From NCBI GenBank assembly GCA_947627125.1, contig CANQUY010000001.1:1-34259 (forward strand): a stretch of 34,259 bases of DNA, in the 5' to 3' direction. The DNA is from an uncultured Clostridia bacterium. GTDB taxonomy: Bacteria > Bacillota > Clostridia > Christensenellales > Borkfalkiaceae. Position 1 is the first letter of the stretch. The number at the start of each line of letters is the position of its first letter. Under the pieces are notes generated by a model. It was not told the DNA's origin and searched no databases. It was given only the letters and a program-made list of their open reading frames with translations. The translations under genes and the position numbers were made by a program. Of the stretch, positions 7,252 to 15,571 are shown in pieces.

Positions 7252-10200
7252 TTACTCCTGCGAATTCTTTTTCTTGACTGCTTTCACGACCAGAGTAACG
7301 ATCAATCCCGCCGCAACGGCGCCGAGGGCGATATTGACGATCATATAGGTCAGAGCGATCTGCTCGCTCTCTTCTTTCAACGCATCATGTTTCCCTTCTA
7401 CCTGTCTTATGCCCGCCCAAAGGGCCTCATCCGCCGCCTTGTAGGCCGAATCAAGTGCGGAAATGCTCTCCGCGAGTGCGCTGTCCTGTGCCTTCAGACC
7501 CGCGATCCCGCTGTCGATGAGTGCGTCCGCCGCCTTGTAAGCGGAATCCAACGCCGAAACCTTTGCCTCGATATCCGTCCCGTTGGCCTTGAGGGCCGCC
7601 TGAAGTTCCGCCACCGCGTTGTCGAGATTGGTCTGGACCTTATCGATCGCCTTCTGCAGAGCGGAATCCGCCGCGTTCGTTGCCTTCTCGAGAGCGGCGA
7701 TCTTGGCCTCCAAATCCTCGTCCGCCGCCGTCATATCCGAGCGGAGAAGGGTGTCCGCCGCCTTGTAGGCCGAATCCAACTTTTGGACTTTTTTCTCGAT
7801 ATCCGTTTCGTTGGCGTCGATCGCCGCCTGAAGATCCTCTACCGCATTGTCGAGATTGGTTTGGACCTTATCGATCGCCTTTTGCAGGGCAGAATCGGCG
7901 TCGTTCATTGCCTGTTCGAGGGCCTCGTCCGCCGCAGCCATGTCAGAGCGGAGAAGGGTGTCCGCCGCCTGATAGGCCGAATCCAACTTTTGGACTTTAT
8001 CCTCGATATCCTTCTCGTTAGCGTCGATCGCCGCCTGAAGGTCCTCTACCGCCCTGTCGAGATTGGTTTGAACCTTATCGATCGCCTTTTGCAAAGCCGC
8101 ATCGGCGTCGTTCATTGCAGTTCCGAGCGCGGCGACGCTGTCCTCGATCGCCTTGTCTGCCGCAGCCATGTCGGAGCGGAGGACCGTATCCGCCGTTTGA
8201 TAGGCCGCATCCAACGCCGAAACTTTATCCTCGATATCCGTTTCGTTGGCCGCGATCGCCGCCTGAAGGGCCGCAACTGCGCTGTCGAGGTTGTCTTGGA
8301 CCTGCCCGATCGCAACTTGCAGGGCATGGTCGGCCGCCTTGTACGAATAGTCGAGCACCGCAAGATTTTTGGCGAATGTGTTATCCCGCTCCTGCAGGTC
8401 GGCAATGTCGCTGTGGATGATCGCGTCCGCCGCCTTGTAGGCATCGCTCATTGCCGAAAGTTCATCCTCGATCTCCGTCCTGTTTTGTCTGAGCGACGAC
8501 TGAAGATCCGCCACCGCGTCGTTGAGATTTTGTTGAACCTTGTCGATCGCGTCCTGCAACTTGTCATTGACATCGTTCATTGCAGAAGTAAGGTCGCTGA
8601 TCGCATCGTCGATCCGCTTGCCGAGCGCAGTGTCGGCGTCATTCATGTCCGAGCGGAGGGCCGCGTCCGCCTGTTGATAGGCAACGCCCATAGCCGCGAG
8701 TTTATCCTCGATATCCTGCTTGTTGTCATTGATGGTCTGTTGAAGGGCCGCCGCCGCACTGTTGAGATTTTGTTGAACCTGATCGATCGCGTCCCGAAGA
8801 TCGTTTTCGGTCTTGTTCATGGCAGAAGTAAGGTCGTTGACCGCCTGTTCGATCTCGTCGCCGAGCTGCCTGTCGGCAGTATTCATATCCGAGCGAAGGG
8901 TCGCGTCCGCGTCTTTGTAGGCAGCGTCCATTGCCGAAACTTTATCCTCGATATCCTTCTCGTTGGCGTCGATCGCCGCGCGAAGGGCCGCCGCCGCATC
9001 GTTGAGGTTTTGTTGAACCTGTTCGATCGCGGCTTGCAATCTCTGATCGGTCGCATCCAGCGTGTCCGTAAGGTCGGAAATGCTCTGCGCAAGCTCGCTG
9101 TCCCTGTTCTGCAATGCCGTGATTTGATTATTGATGATACGGTCTGCCGCCTCGTAAGCCTCTTGCAACTCTGCGAGCGCTTTGTCGAGCTCCCCTCTGT
9201 TGTCGGAAATCGACTTCTCGAGGTCCGCAACTGCCTGTTTGAGATCGGCCTGAAGTTGCTTGATTGCAGCGTCCAAATTCTCATCCACCGCTTTCAGCCT
9301 GGTTTCAAGGGCGTCTATGTTGCTCTGAAGGCCTGTGTCTGCCGCTGCGAAATCTGCACGGAGAGCCGTATCCGCAGCCAAATAATCTGCCTCCAACTGC
9401 GTCAGTGCTTTTTGGAGGTCTGCAATACTCGCCTCATCCCGACTGATCGCTTCCCGAAGGTTTTTGATATCATCTGAGAGGCGGTCATCAAGTGCATCAA
9501 TTGTTTCACCCAATGTCTTTTTAGCCGCATCCAGTTGCGATTGAAGCCCATTGATCATGCCCACCAATTCAGCTTTGAGGCCCTCGTCTGCATCCAATAA
9601 TGCCTGTTTGAGAACTTTGTCCGCCTCTATGTAGGCTTCATTCAGATCTGTAAGTCGTGACGATAATTCCCTCTGATTGCCATCTATCGACGCTTGCAAC
9701 GCCTGTGTCGCACCTTCAAGTTGTGCCTGTACCTCATCCACCGACTTTTCAAGCGTTTCGGGCGTGGGGATCCAGTAGGCATGGAGCGTGAGATCCTGCG
9801 CGGGATTGGTCCAAGGGTCCGAACTGATGGGGAGCATGTTCGCGCCGAAGATCGGATCCCCCTGTCCTTCCTCTTCCGTGAAGTAGCCGCCGAAGGTATA
9901 GCCCTTACGCACGGGAGCCATCACGCCGCTCGTCGGAAGCGCATCTCCGTACTCCACCGAAAGACTTGCACTCCCGCCGCCCGCTTCTTCGCCTGCGGAG
10001 AAACGGATGAGCGTTTTCATCTTTTCCCAGCGTGCATAGAGTTCGATCTCCCCTCCGTTCTCGGCCGTGAGATTCAGAACGCTGTCGCCGTCTTTGAATA
10101 CGACCTCTCCGCCATCCGAAGTCGCCCAGCCGATAAAGTTGTAACCCGTCTTTGTAAACCCATTGATCGCAAGAGCCTCGGGCGTTCCGTAGGAATAGGA

Positions 10201-13200
10201 ACTGCAATCCATCGAGCCGTCTGCGCCCGTCGTGTCATGATAGGAAACCGTGTATGTATTTGCCTCCCAAACCGCGTAGAGAACGGTGTCCTCCTCTTGG
10301 TCCGCACCGAATTCGATTGGATCCTCGGGGCTGTATGTCGCTTCCGCCGCGTCCTTATCTTCCGCCCAGCCTTGGAAGGTATACCCCGTGCGCTCGGGCT
10401 TCTCGGGAGAGATGTTTGCATTGGAACCCGCCGAATACGTCGTTTTATCCGTCGGGGCGTCCTCGCCGCCGTTGGCCGAATAGACCAGCGAAAGTTTGGT
10501 CCCGTCCGCCACAAAAATCGTCGTGTCGCCCTTGACGGTGAAGGTATACTGCCCGCCCTGCTCTTCCGCACGTTCGCCGTTGATATACACCCTCGGCTTT
10601 GTGCCCGTAACGGTGAAGCTGACTTCCGTGCCGAACGGGTAACTGCCCGTTAGCCCGTTGACAGTATATCCTTCCGCAACCTCGGTGGAAACATTGTATT
10701 CCCCGATTTCCCAAACGGCATAGAGAACGGTATCTCCGTCGGGCATGGAGAAGGCCTCCTCTGCATGGTAGACCGTTTCCGCGTCCGTTGCGGTCACTGC
10801 CCAGCCGAGGAACTGATACCCCTCGCGGACGGGTTCCGCCTTCGTGATCGTCACTTCCGTCCCCGCTGCGGGATAGACGGCCGCAATGGTGTTGTGGAAC
10901 TCCCCGCCGTTCGCGCTGTAAGTGAGGGACGGATTGTGTTTCCAAACGGCGTACAGCGTCACGCCCTCTGTGCCCATCGTGAAGGGATCGTCGGGGCGGT
11001 AACTCACGACGTCGGAGTTTGCCAAAAATCCCCAGCCCGCAAAGGTGTAATCATCTCTTTCGGGACCTGCTTGAATGGTCGTCCCCTCTCCCTCGTGCAG
11101 TTGCTCTGCAGCGGGAGCTCCCGAGCCCCCGTTTGCGTCATAGAAGAGCGCATGAATGGGCTTTTCCAGCCATGCCGCATACAGCACCACGACCTCATCC
11201 TGCGTGCCCGCCAAGCCGACCGCGTAGAAAGTATCGGCATAGTACATTGCCCAATTCTGCTCGTCGTACAGGTTCCAGCCGACAAAGTCGAAATTCTTGC
11301 GCGAGAGGCCGTAAGTTTCTTCTTTGGGCAATGTGAGCTCGCCGAATGTGATGCCTTCGAGATCCGCGACGAATACTCCCTCGTTGTAGAGGCGAATGGT
11401 GTAGGTGATCGCTTCCCAATGCGCATAGAGGGTGATACCGCCGACCACTGTGAGCGTTTTGCCCCCATATGCCTGACCGTCCGTGCCGTAGTATTGCACG
11501 CCGCCCGTTCCCCTATCGAAGTAGCCGAGGAACTTATACCCATACCGCTCGGGAACGGTGATGCCGGGGATCTTGCTGTCAAAGGTTGCAGAGAACGAAC
11601 TCGCATTCGTCCCGCCCATCGCATCCAAGGTAATGGTGTACGAATTTGCTTGCCAAACGGCGTAGAGGGTGTACGTACCGTTGGGATCGGACGTCAGATT
11701 CTGTACCGCTTTTTCGTTTTCATAAACGACCGCACCGACCGAGCTCGTCGCCCACCCTTGGAACGTCCAGCCGGTCAGCGTAAAGCCGTTTTTCGGCAGA
11801 GCGATCTCGCCGTCGTCATAGACGCGCGGCGTATCGGGCGTGCTCCCCTGCACATTTGAGCTTGCATTGGCGGGCTTATTTTGATTAAACTTTATTGTAT
11901 AGTGATTTGCGGTCCAATGCGCGTAGAGGGAAATCGCAGAATCAAAATCACAATTTTTTGCGCTCTTCCCCGCTGCATCATAGTATTTTATCCCTGCCCC
12001 GCCGCTTTGCGTGAAATATCCTTGGAAGGTATATCCCGTGCGCGTCGGCGTTTCGATTGCAGGCATGGCTGCGTCAAATGTCGCCGTAGTGCTCTCGGTT
12101 CCGCCCGTTCCGCTCTCTTTATAGAAAGTGACACCGCTTTGTTTTGGAACGCCCGCCGCGGTGATGACGATATCGTCCGTGATCTTGGAGCCGTAGATCG
12201 TGATCGCGCCCGTCCGAGAATTGTATGTAAAATCGTTGTTCACCGCAAGCGTACCGCCGCCCACTTTGACGGTGATGGAATTCGGCAGGTTATAGCCGTG
12301 CGCCGCCGACAAGGTTGCCGTATAGTTGGTATTGTACGTCGCCTTCCCTCCGCCCGAAAAAGTCAGATGCGTCAGACTTGAAGAAACGCCCATTTTCCTG
12401 TAATACTGCAAGGTCGGGGCTGAAGAATAGGAGCCGCCGTTGACAGTGGTGGTATTGCCCGCCTCGTCTTTGACGGACAGTCCCGAAACGTTGGAGAATT
12501 TTATTTCGCCGTTTTGGTTGACGTCGGGCAAGGTGAATGTGTAACAGACCTTGCTCTTGCCGCTTTCGGTGATGAGTTCGGCGTTATTTGAAGTAGCAAA
12601 AGTGCTTCCGTCTAACGTGATAGTCGCCGTGCCTTTGTTGGTAATGCTGCTTATCTTTTCGTTGAATTCTACGCTATATTTTACCGTGTTGCCCGCAACA
12701 GCAATGCCCTTGTTGCTGTCCACAACCAAAGATTTATCTAACGAAATCCCCGAAACTGAGGGGGCGGTTCTATCGTATAAATAACAGGAAGGGTCTGCTA
12801 TATACGGCCTTGAGGCCAAACTGCCGTAATTAGAAAACCAGACCTGTATCGAACAAGTCTGATTCGGGACAGATTTCTCGCTAAGATACACACCGAATTG
12901 TGTACGATCCCCGGTATGATACTTCTGGTAATATTCATGCTCCTCACCTATCCGTGAGTTTTGGGAATTATAAAACTCGACGCGAACGGAAATGTCATGA
13001 GTCGAAGCTGACTGTGTCCAGTTCAGAGATGAGGCGCTGATTTTAAGTTGCCCCGCATTGGCTTTCACCTTGTCCGCTTCCGAAAGCGTGAGCGTATAAT
13101 AAACGCCGCCCGTACAGTTACTTCCGCCAAGGTCTTTCCAATCGCCATTGGATTTGATGACATATTTGCCTATGTTTTTTTCGTAAACAGTATTTGCCTC

Positions 13201-13518
13201 AACGCTTGTGTTGCCGTCTGAACTTACTTTCCAACCCTGAGAAGCAATTGTGCCATCCTTAAGTGTGGGGATGAGATTGGGTGTTTGTTGTGAACCCGTC
13301 CATTCGCCGTCGGTATTCGTTCCGTTTGAGTCGCGACTCGCATACACCGTATCCACCGTTTTATTCGGCATACTAAACAAAACGCCCGTCAATAAACTTA
13401 CGAGCGCAAGGACTATGAGGAAAAGTGAAACTTTTTTCTTTTTTGTTGTCACAAAGGGACCCCCTTCCTTCTCTTTCGGAGTGATTTCCGTTATTTTTTT
13501 ACAATTCGATTGTATCAT
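7252..13518 (-). CDS. Giant (2088 aa) tail-anchored cell-surface protein with an N-terminal globular region, nine Listeria-Bacteroides repeats, a long coiled-coil stalk and a C-terminal TM
   Basis: N-terminal signal/TM is VSLFLIVLALVSLLTGVLF. Nine repeats of the type GY-x-F-x-GW/Y...LYA-x-W are encoded at roughly 9760-12100. About 800 aa of A/D/L/Q-rich heptad repeats are encoded at roughly 7370-9760. The C-terminal TM is MIVNIALGAVAAGLIVTLVV, followed by KAVKKKNSQE. Confidence 0.9.
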   Translation of the reverse strand: MIQSNCKKITEITPKEKEGGPFVTTKKKKVSLFLIVLALVSLLTGVLFSMPNKTVDTVYASRDSNGTNTDGEWTGSQQTPNLIPTLKDGTIASQGWKVSSDGNTSVEANTVYEKNIGKYVIKSNGDWKDLGGSNCTGGVYYTLTLSEADKVKANAGQLKISASSLNWTQSASTHDISVRVEFYNSQNSRIGEEHEYYQKYHTGDRTQFGVYLSEKSVPNQTCSIQVWFSNYGSLASRPYIADPSCYLYDRTAPSVSGISLDKSLVVDSNKGIAVAGNTVKYSVEFNEKISSITNKGTATITLDGSTFATSNNAELITESGKSKVCYTFTLPDVNQNGEIKFSNVSGLSVKDEAGNTTTVNGGSYSSAPTLQYYRKMGVSSSLTHLTFSGGGKATYNTNYTATLSAAHGYNLPNSITVKVGGGTLAVNNDFTYNSRTGAITIYGSKITDDIVITAAGVPKQSGVTFYKESGTGGTESTTATFDAAMPAIETPTRTGYTFQGYFTQSGGAGIKYYDAAGKSAKNCDFDSAISLYAHWTANHYTIKFNQNKPANASSNVQGSTPDTPRVYDDGEIALPKNGFTLTGWTFQGWATSSVGAVVYENEKAVQNLTSDPNGTYTLYAVWQANSYTITLDAMGGTNASSFSATFDSKIPGITVPERYGYKFLGYFDRGTGGVQYYGTDGQAYGGKTLTVVGGITLYAHWEAITYTIRLYNEGVFVADLEGITFGELTLPKEETYGLSRKNFDFVGWNLYDEQNWAMYYADTFYAVGLAGTQDEVVVLYAAWLEKPIHALFYDANGGSGAPAAEQLHEGEGTTIQAGPERDDYTFAGWGFLANSDVVSYRPDDPFTMGTEGVTLYAVWKHNPSLTYSANGGEFHNTIAAVYPAAGTEVTITKAEPVREGYQFLGWAVTATDAETVYHAEEAFSMPDGDTVLYAVWEIGEYNVSTEVAEGYTVNGLTGSYPFGTEVSFTVTGTKPRVYINGERAEEQGGQYTFTVKGDTTIFVADGTKLSLVYSANGGEDAPTDKTTYSAGSNANISPEKPERTGYTFQGWAEDKDAAEATYSPEDPIEFGADQEEDTVLYAVWEANTYTVSYHDTTGADGSMDCSSYSYGTPEALAINGFTKTGYNFIGWATSDGGEVVFKDGDSVLNLTAENGGEIELYARWEKMKTLIRFSAGEEAGGGSASLSVEYGDALPTSGVMAPVRKGYTFGGYFTEEEGQGDPIFGANMLPISSDPWTNPAQDLTLHAYWIPTPETLEKSVDEVQAQLEGATQALQASIDGNQRELSSRLTDLNEAYIEADKVLKQALLDADEGLKAELVGMINGLQSQLDAAKKTLGETIDALDDRLSDDIKNLREAISRDEASIADLQKALTQLEADYLAADTALRADFAAADTGLQSNIDALETRLKAVDENLDAAIKQLQADLKQAVADLEKSISDNRGELDKALAELQEAYEAADRIINNQITALQNRDSELAQSISDLTDTLDATDQRLQAAIEQVQQNLNDAAAALRAAIDANEKDIEDKVSAMDAAYKDADATLRSDMNTADRQLGDEIEQAVNDLTSAMNKTENDLRDAIDQVQQNLNSAAAALQQTINDNKQDIEDKLAAMGVAYQQADAALRSDMNDADTALGKRIDDAISDLTSAMNDVNDKLQDAIDKVQQNLNDAVADLQSSLRQNRTEIEDELSAMSDAYKAADAIIHSDIADLQERDNTFAKNLAVLDYSYKAADHALQVAIGQVQDNLDSAVAALQAAIAANETDIEDKVSALDAAYQTADTVLRSDMAAADKAIEDSVAALGTAMNDADAALQKAIDKVQTNLDRAVEDLQAAIDANEKDIEDKVQKLDSAYQAADTLLRSDMAAADEALEQAMNDADSALQKAIDKVQTNLDNAVEDLQAAIDANETDIEKKVQKLDSAYKAADTLLRSDMTAADEDLEAKIAALEKATNAADSALQKAIDKVQTNLDNAVAELQAALKANGTDIEAKVSALDSAYKAADALIDSGIAGLKAQDSALAESISALDSAYKAADEALWAGIRQVEGKHDALKEESEQIALTYMIVNIALGAVAAGLIVTLVVKAVKKKNSQE
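7370..9760 (-). repeat. In-frame tandem coding repeats (about 205-230 nt period, about 11 units) encoding the coiled-coil stalk
   Basis: The peptide unit ALQKAIDKVQTNLDxAVEDLQAAIDANExDIExKVQKLDSAYxAADTLLRSDMxAAD recurs. Near-identical DNA blocks occur, for example GTCGAGATTGGT(C/T)TGGACCTTATCGATCGCCTT at 7620, 7849 and 8056. Confidence 0.85.
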
Positions 13519-13609
13519 ATTTTCATTTCCCTGAAAAGCCCAAATCGCCCCAAAATCTCAGTCTTAACAATTCTTCACACTTTCCCCCGCCCCTTTTCCC
13601 CTCCCCCTC

Positions 13610-13638
13610 TTGCATGATTCTTCTTTATTTGTTATAAT
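13610..13638 (+). promoter_or_regulatory. Near-consensus extended -10 promoter pointing into repeat array 1 and the GIY-YIG gene
   Basis: TTGCAT (13610-13615), exactly 17 nt of spacer, then TGt-TATAAT (13630-13638). The first repeat fragment begins about 17 nt downstream. Confidence 0.55.
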
Positions 13639-13654
13639 TACTCTGGCGGGGTGT

Positions 13655-14216
13655 GGCGGCGTCATTCAACGCGGGGGACGCAGCGGCGTCATGCTGAGAA
13701 CACGGGCTGTACGCAGTCTACGGCGGTTGGGGCGGCGTCATGCTGAGAACGTGAGCTGTACGCAGTCTACGGAATCTAACCCGAAGCATCTCGCCGCACA
13801 CTCCCGTTTACTTCCCCCGCGAGATTCTTCGGTTCAAGTCCTCGGACTTCGTTCCTATTCCGTTTCTCAGAATGACGCGGGGGCGCGCGGCGGCGTCATT
13901 CAACGCGGGCGGCGTCATGCTGAGAACGTGAGCTGTACGCAGTCTACGGAATCTAACCCGAAGCATCTCGCCGCACACTTTACGGACTTCCCCCGCGAGA
14001 TTCTTCGGTTCAAGTCCTCGGACTTCGTTCCTATTCCGTTTCTCAGAATGACGCGGGGGGCGCGGCGGCGTCATGCTGAGAACGTGAGCTGTACGCAGTC
14101 TACGGAAACTAACCCGAAGCATCTCGCCGCATAGTCCCGTTTACTTCCCCCGCGAGATTCTTCGGTTCAAGTCGTCAGACTTCGTTCCTATTCCGTTTCT
14201 CAGAATGACGCGGGGG
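13655..14216. repeat. Hairpin-repeat array 1, in the order A+ B- A+ B- A+ B- plus truncated A fragments. This is the only array with this polarity.
   Basis: A units lie at 13732-13797, 13909-13974 and 14065-14130 (GCGGCGTCATGCTGAGAA...CCGAAGCATCTCGCCGC). B units in reverse orientation lie at 13814-13883, 13990-14060 and 14147-14216 (CCCCGCGAGATTCTTCGG...TTCTCAGAATGACGCGGGG). Truncated A copies lie at 13655-13727 and 13889-13908. Confidence 0.92.
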
Positions 14217-14253
14217 ACATCTCTCCGCAAAAAAACACTCCAAAAATAAGCCA

Positions 14254-14544
14254 ATGAAGAATTTTTACACATATATCATCACAAATTCAAAACACAGGCC
14301 ATTTTACGTCGGGGTGACAAACGATATCGCAAGACGAATGTATGAGCATAAGCATGAACTCTACGATGGATTCAGCAAACGCTATCATTTGCATCTCCTC
14401 ATGTATGTGGAACATCACGACAACGAACGTGCGGCAATCGAGCGCGAAAAGGCATTAAAGGGCAAGACGAGGGACAAAAAAATCGCTTTGATCGAGAGTA
14501 TCAACCCAAAGTGGGAAGATCTTTCTCCCGAAGAATCGTTTTGA
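14254..14544 (+). CDS. GIY-YIG nuclease superfamily protein (COG2827/UPF0213-type, YhbQ/YazA-like)
   Basis: 96 aa. The sequence FYTYIITNSKHRPFYVGVTNDIARRMYEHK...RYHLHLLMYVEHHDNERAAIEREKALKGKTRDKKIALI follows the canonical small GIY-YIG pattern. Confidence 0.9.
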   Translation: MKNFYTYIITNSKHRPFYVGVTNDIARRMYEHKHELYDGFSKRYHLHLLMYVEHHDNERAAIEREKALKGKTRDKKIALIESINPKWEDLSPEESF

Positions 14545-14566
14545 CAAGGTCGGCCCCCCGTGAGTG

Positions 14567-14864
14567 CCCCCGCGTCATTCTGAGAACGCGAGAAAGAACG
14601 CAGTCCGACGAATTAACCCGAAGAATCTCGCGGGGCGTATCGAATACCATGCGGCGAGATGCTTCGGTACGGCTCTCATTAACTTCGTTCCCACTCCCCT
14701 TCTCAGCATGACGCCGCAACAGCCCCCGTTGACTTCGTTCCCACTCCCCTTCTCAGCATGACGCCGCAACCCCCGCGTCATTCTGAGAACATGAGAAAGA
14801 ACGCAGTCCGATGAACTAACCCGAAGAATCTCGCGGGAACAAACACCATGCGGCATGACGCCGC
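14567..14864. repeat. Hairpin-repeat array 2, in the order B+ A- (partial A-) B+ (collapsed A)
   Basis: B+ units lie at 14567-14635 and 14770-14837. An A- unit lies at 14651-14717. An A- copy lacking its 5' arm lies at 14718-14767, and a collapsed arm pair GCGGCATGACGCCGC lies at 14850-14864. Confidence 0.9.
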
Positions 14865-14890
14865 ACCAACAACTATAAAGAGAAACGACT

Positions 14891-15571
14891 ATGAATTACA
14901 CCGTTTGTGAAAGAAAACTTCTATTCATCGAGGATGATGAAAACTTATTGAGGGAAATGGTTGAATACTTTTCCCACGATAATTCCGTGTTTACGGCATG
15001 CGACGTGGATGAGGCCGTCGGGGTTCTGACCGAAATAGGCAACTTCGACGCAGTCATCTTGGACCTCATCCTCAAAAACAGCATGGGGCTGGAGCTCTTC
15101 GGCGCATTCCCCGAGCTCCCGCCCGTCATCATTCTGTCCTCTTTGGACGGCGAGGACACCATTCTCTCGGGCCTCACCTCGGGGGCGGCAGATTATGTGG
15201 TGAAGCCCTGTTCCATGCGGCTTTTAGAAACGCATATCGCCATGCGCCTCCTGCCCAAGGCGGACGCGGTGGTCACCTTTGGGGCTTTTTCGGTGGACGC
15301 CAACAAGCGCACCGTAAAATACAAAGGCATGGCCATTTCGCTGACGCCGTCCGAGTTCAATATCCTCTTCTTTTTGGTGAAAAACTGCGGAGAGTATTTC
15401 ACCGCAGATGAGATATATGAAAAGATCTGGTGTGCGCCGAGCCTGCGAACGACGACGGTGCGGGCGCATCTCTCGTCCCTCCGCCGAAAGCTGAAAGCGG
15501 CCATGCCCTCGTGCGACGTCATCCGCACGGAATTCAGCAGGGGCTACTGTTTTACGGGAGAAGTGTTATGA
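14891..15571 (+). CDS. OmpR-family response regulator (receiver plus winged-helix DNA-binding domain)
   Basis: Receiver motifs are LLFIEDDENL, DAVILDLIL and VVKP. The C-terminal winged helix reads LTPSEFNILFFLVKNCGEYFTADEIYEKIW...VRAHLSSLRRKL...RGYCF. Confidence 0.9.
   Translation: MNYTVCERKLLFIEDDENLLREMVEYFSHDNSVFTACDVDEAVGVLTEIGNFDAVILDLILKNSMGLELFGAFPELPPVIILSSLDGEDTILSGLTSGAADYVVKPCSMRLLETHIAMRLLPKADAVVTFGAFSVDANKRTVKYKGMAISLTPSEFNILFFLVKNCGEYFTADEIYEKIWCAPSLRTTTVRAHLSSLRRKLKAAMPSCDVIRTEFSRGYCFTGEVL

Noticed and set aside
7246-9477. A 743-aa plus-strand ORF opposite the giant surface-protein gene.
   Set aside because: It is the antisense reading of the coiled-coil repeats and gives a low-complexity R/L/V/D-rich periodic peptide. 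The minus-strand frame has clear domain content and signal and anchor features.
13610-14134. A 174-aa ORF, together with other ORFs lying wholly inside arrays (13808-14122, 14501-14719, 14575-14856, 17577-17834, 18259-18495, 31837-32061, 33995-34222).
   Set aside because: Their peptides are simply translated repeat units (reiterated RRHAENVSCTQSTESNPKHLAA, SQNDAG and LRMTRG scraps). They have no RBS and no domain-like sequence. The frames are open only because the GC-rich repeats lack stop codons.
13655-14216. The repeat arrays (this one and those at 14567-14864, 17618-18309, 28611-29111 and elsewhere) look superficially like CRISPR arrays.
   Set aside because: The units are 66-70 nt and internally palindromic, which is too long for CRISPR repeats. 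The sequences between them are short conserved linkers, not unique spacers. Neighbouring units alternate in orientation, and no cas genes are present in the window.
15430-15567. The upstream ATG (15430) offered by the ORF track as the histidine kinase start.
   Set aside because: It would overlap the response-regulator gene by 140 nt and add a non-hydrophobic, R/P/G-rich peptide. ATG 15568 gives a typical basic N-terminus plus TM helix and the common ATGA stop/start overlap.
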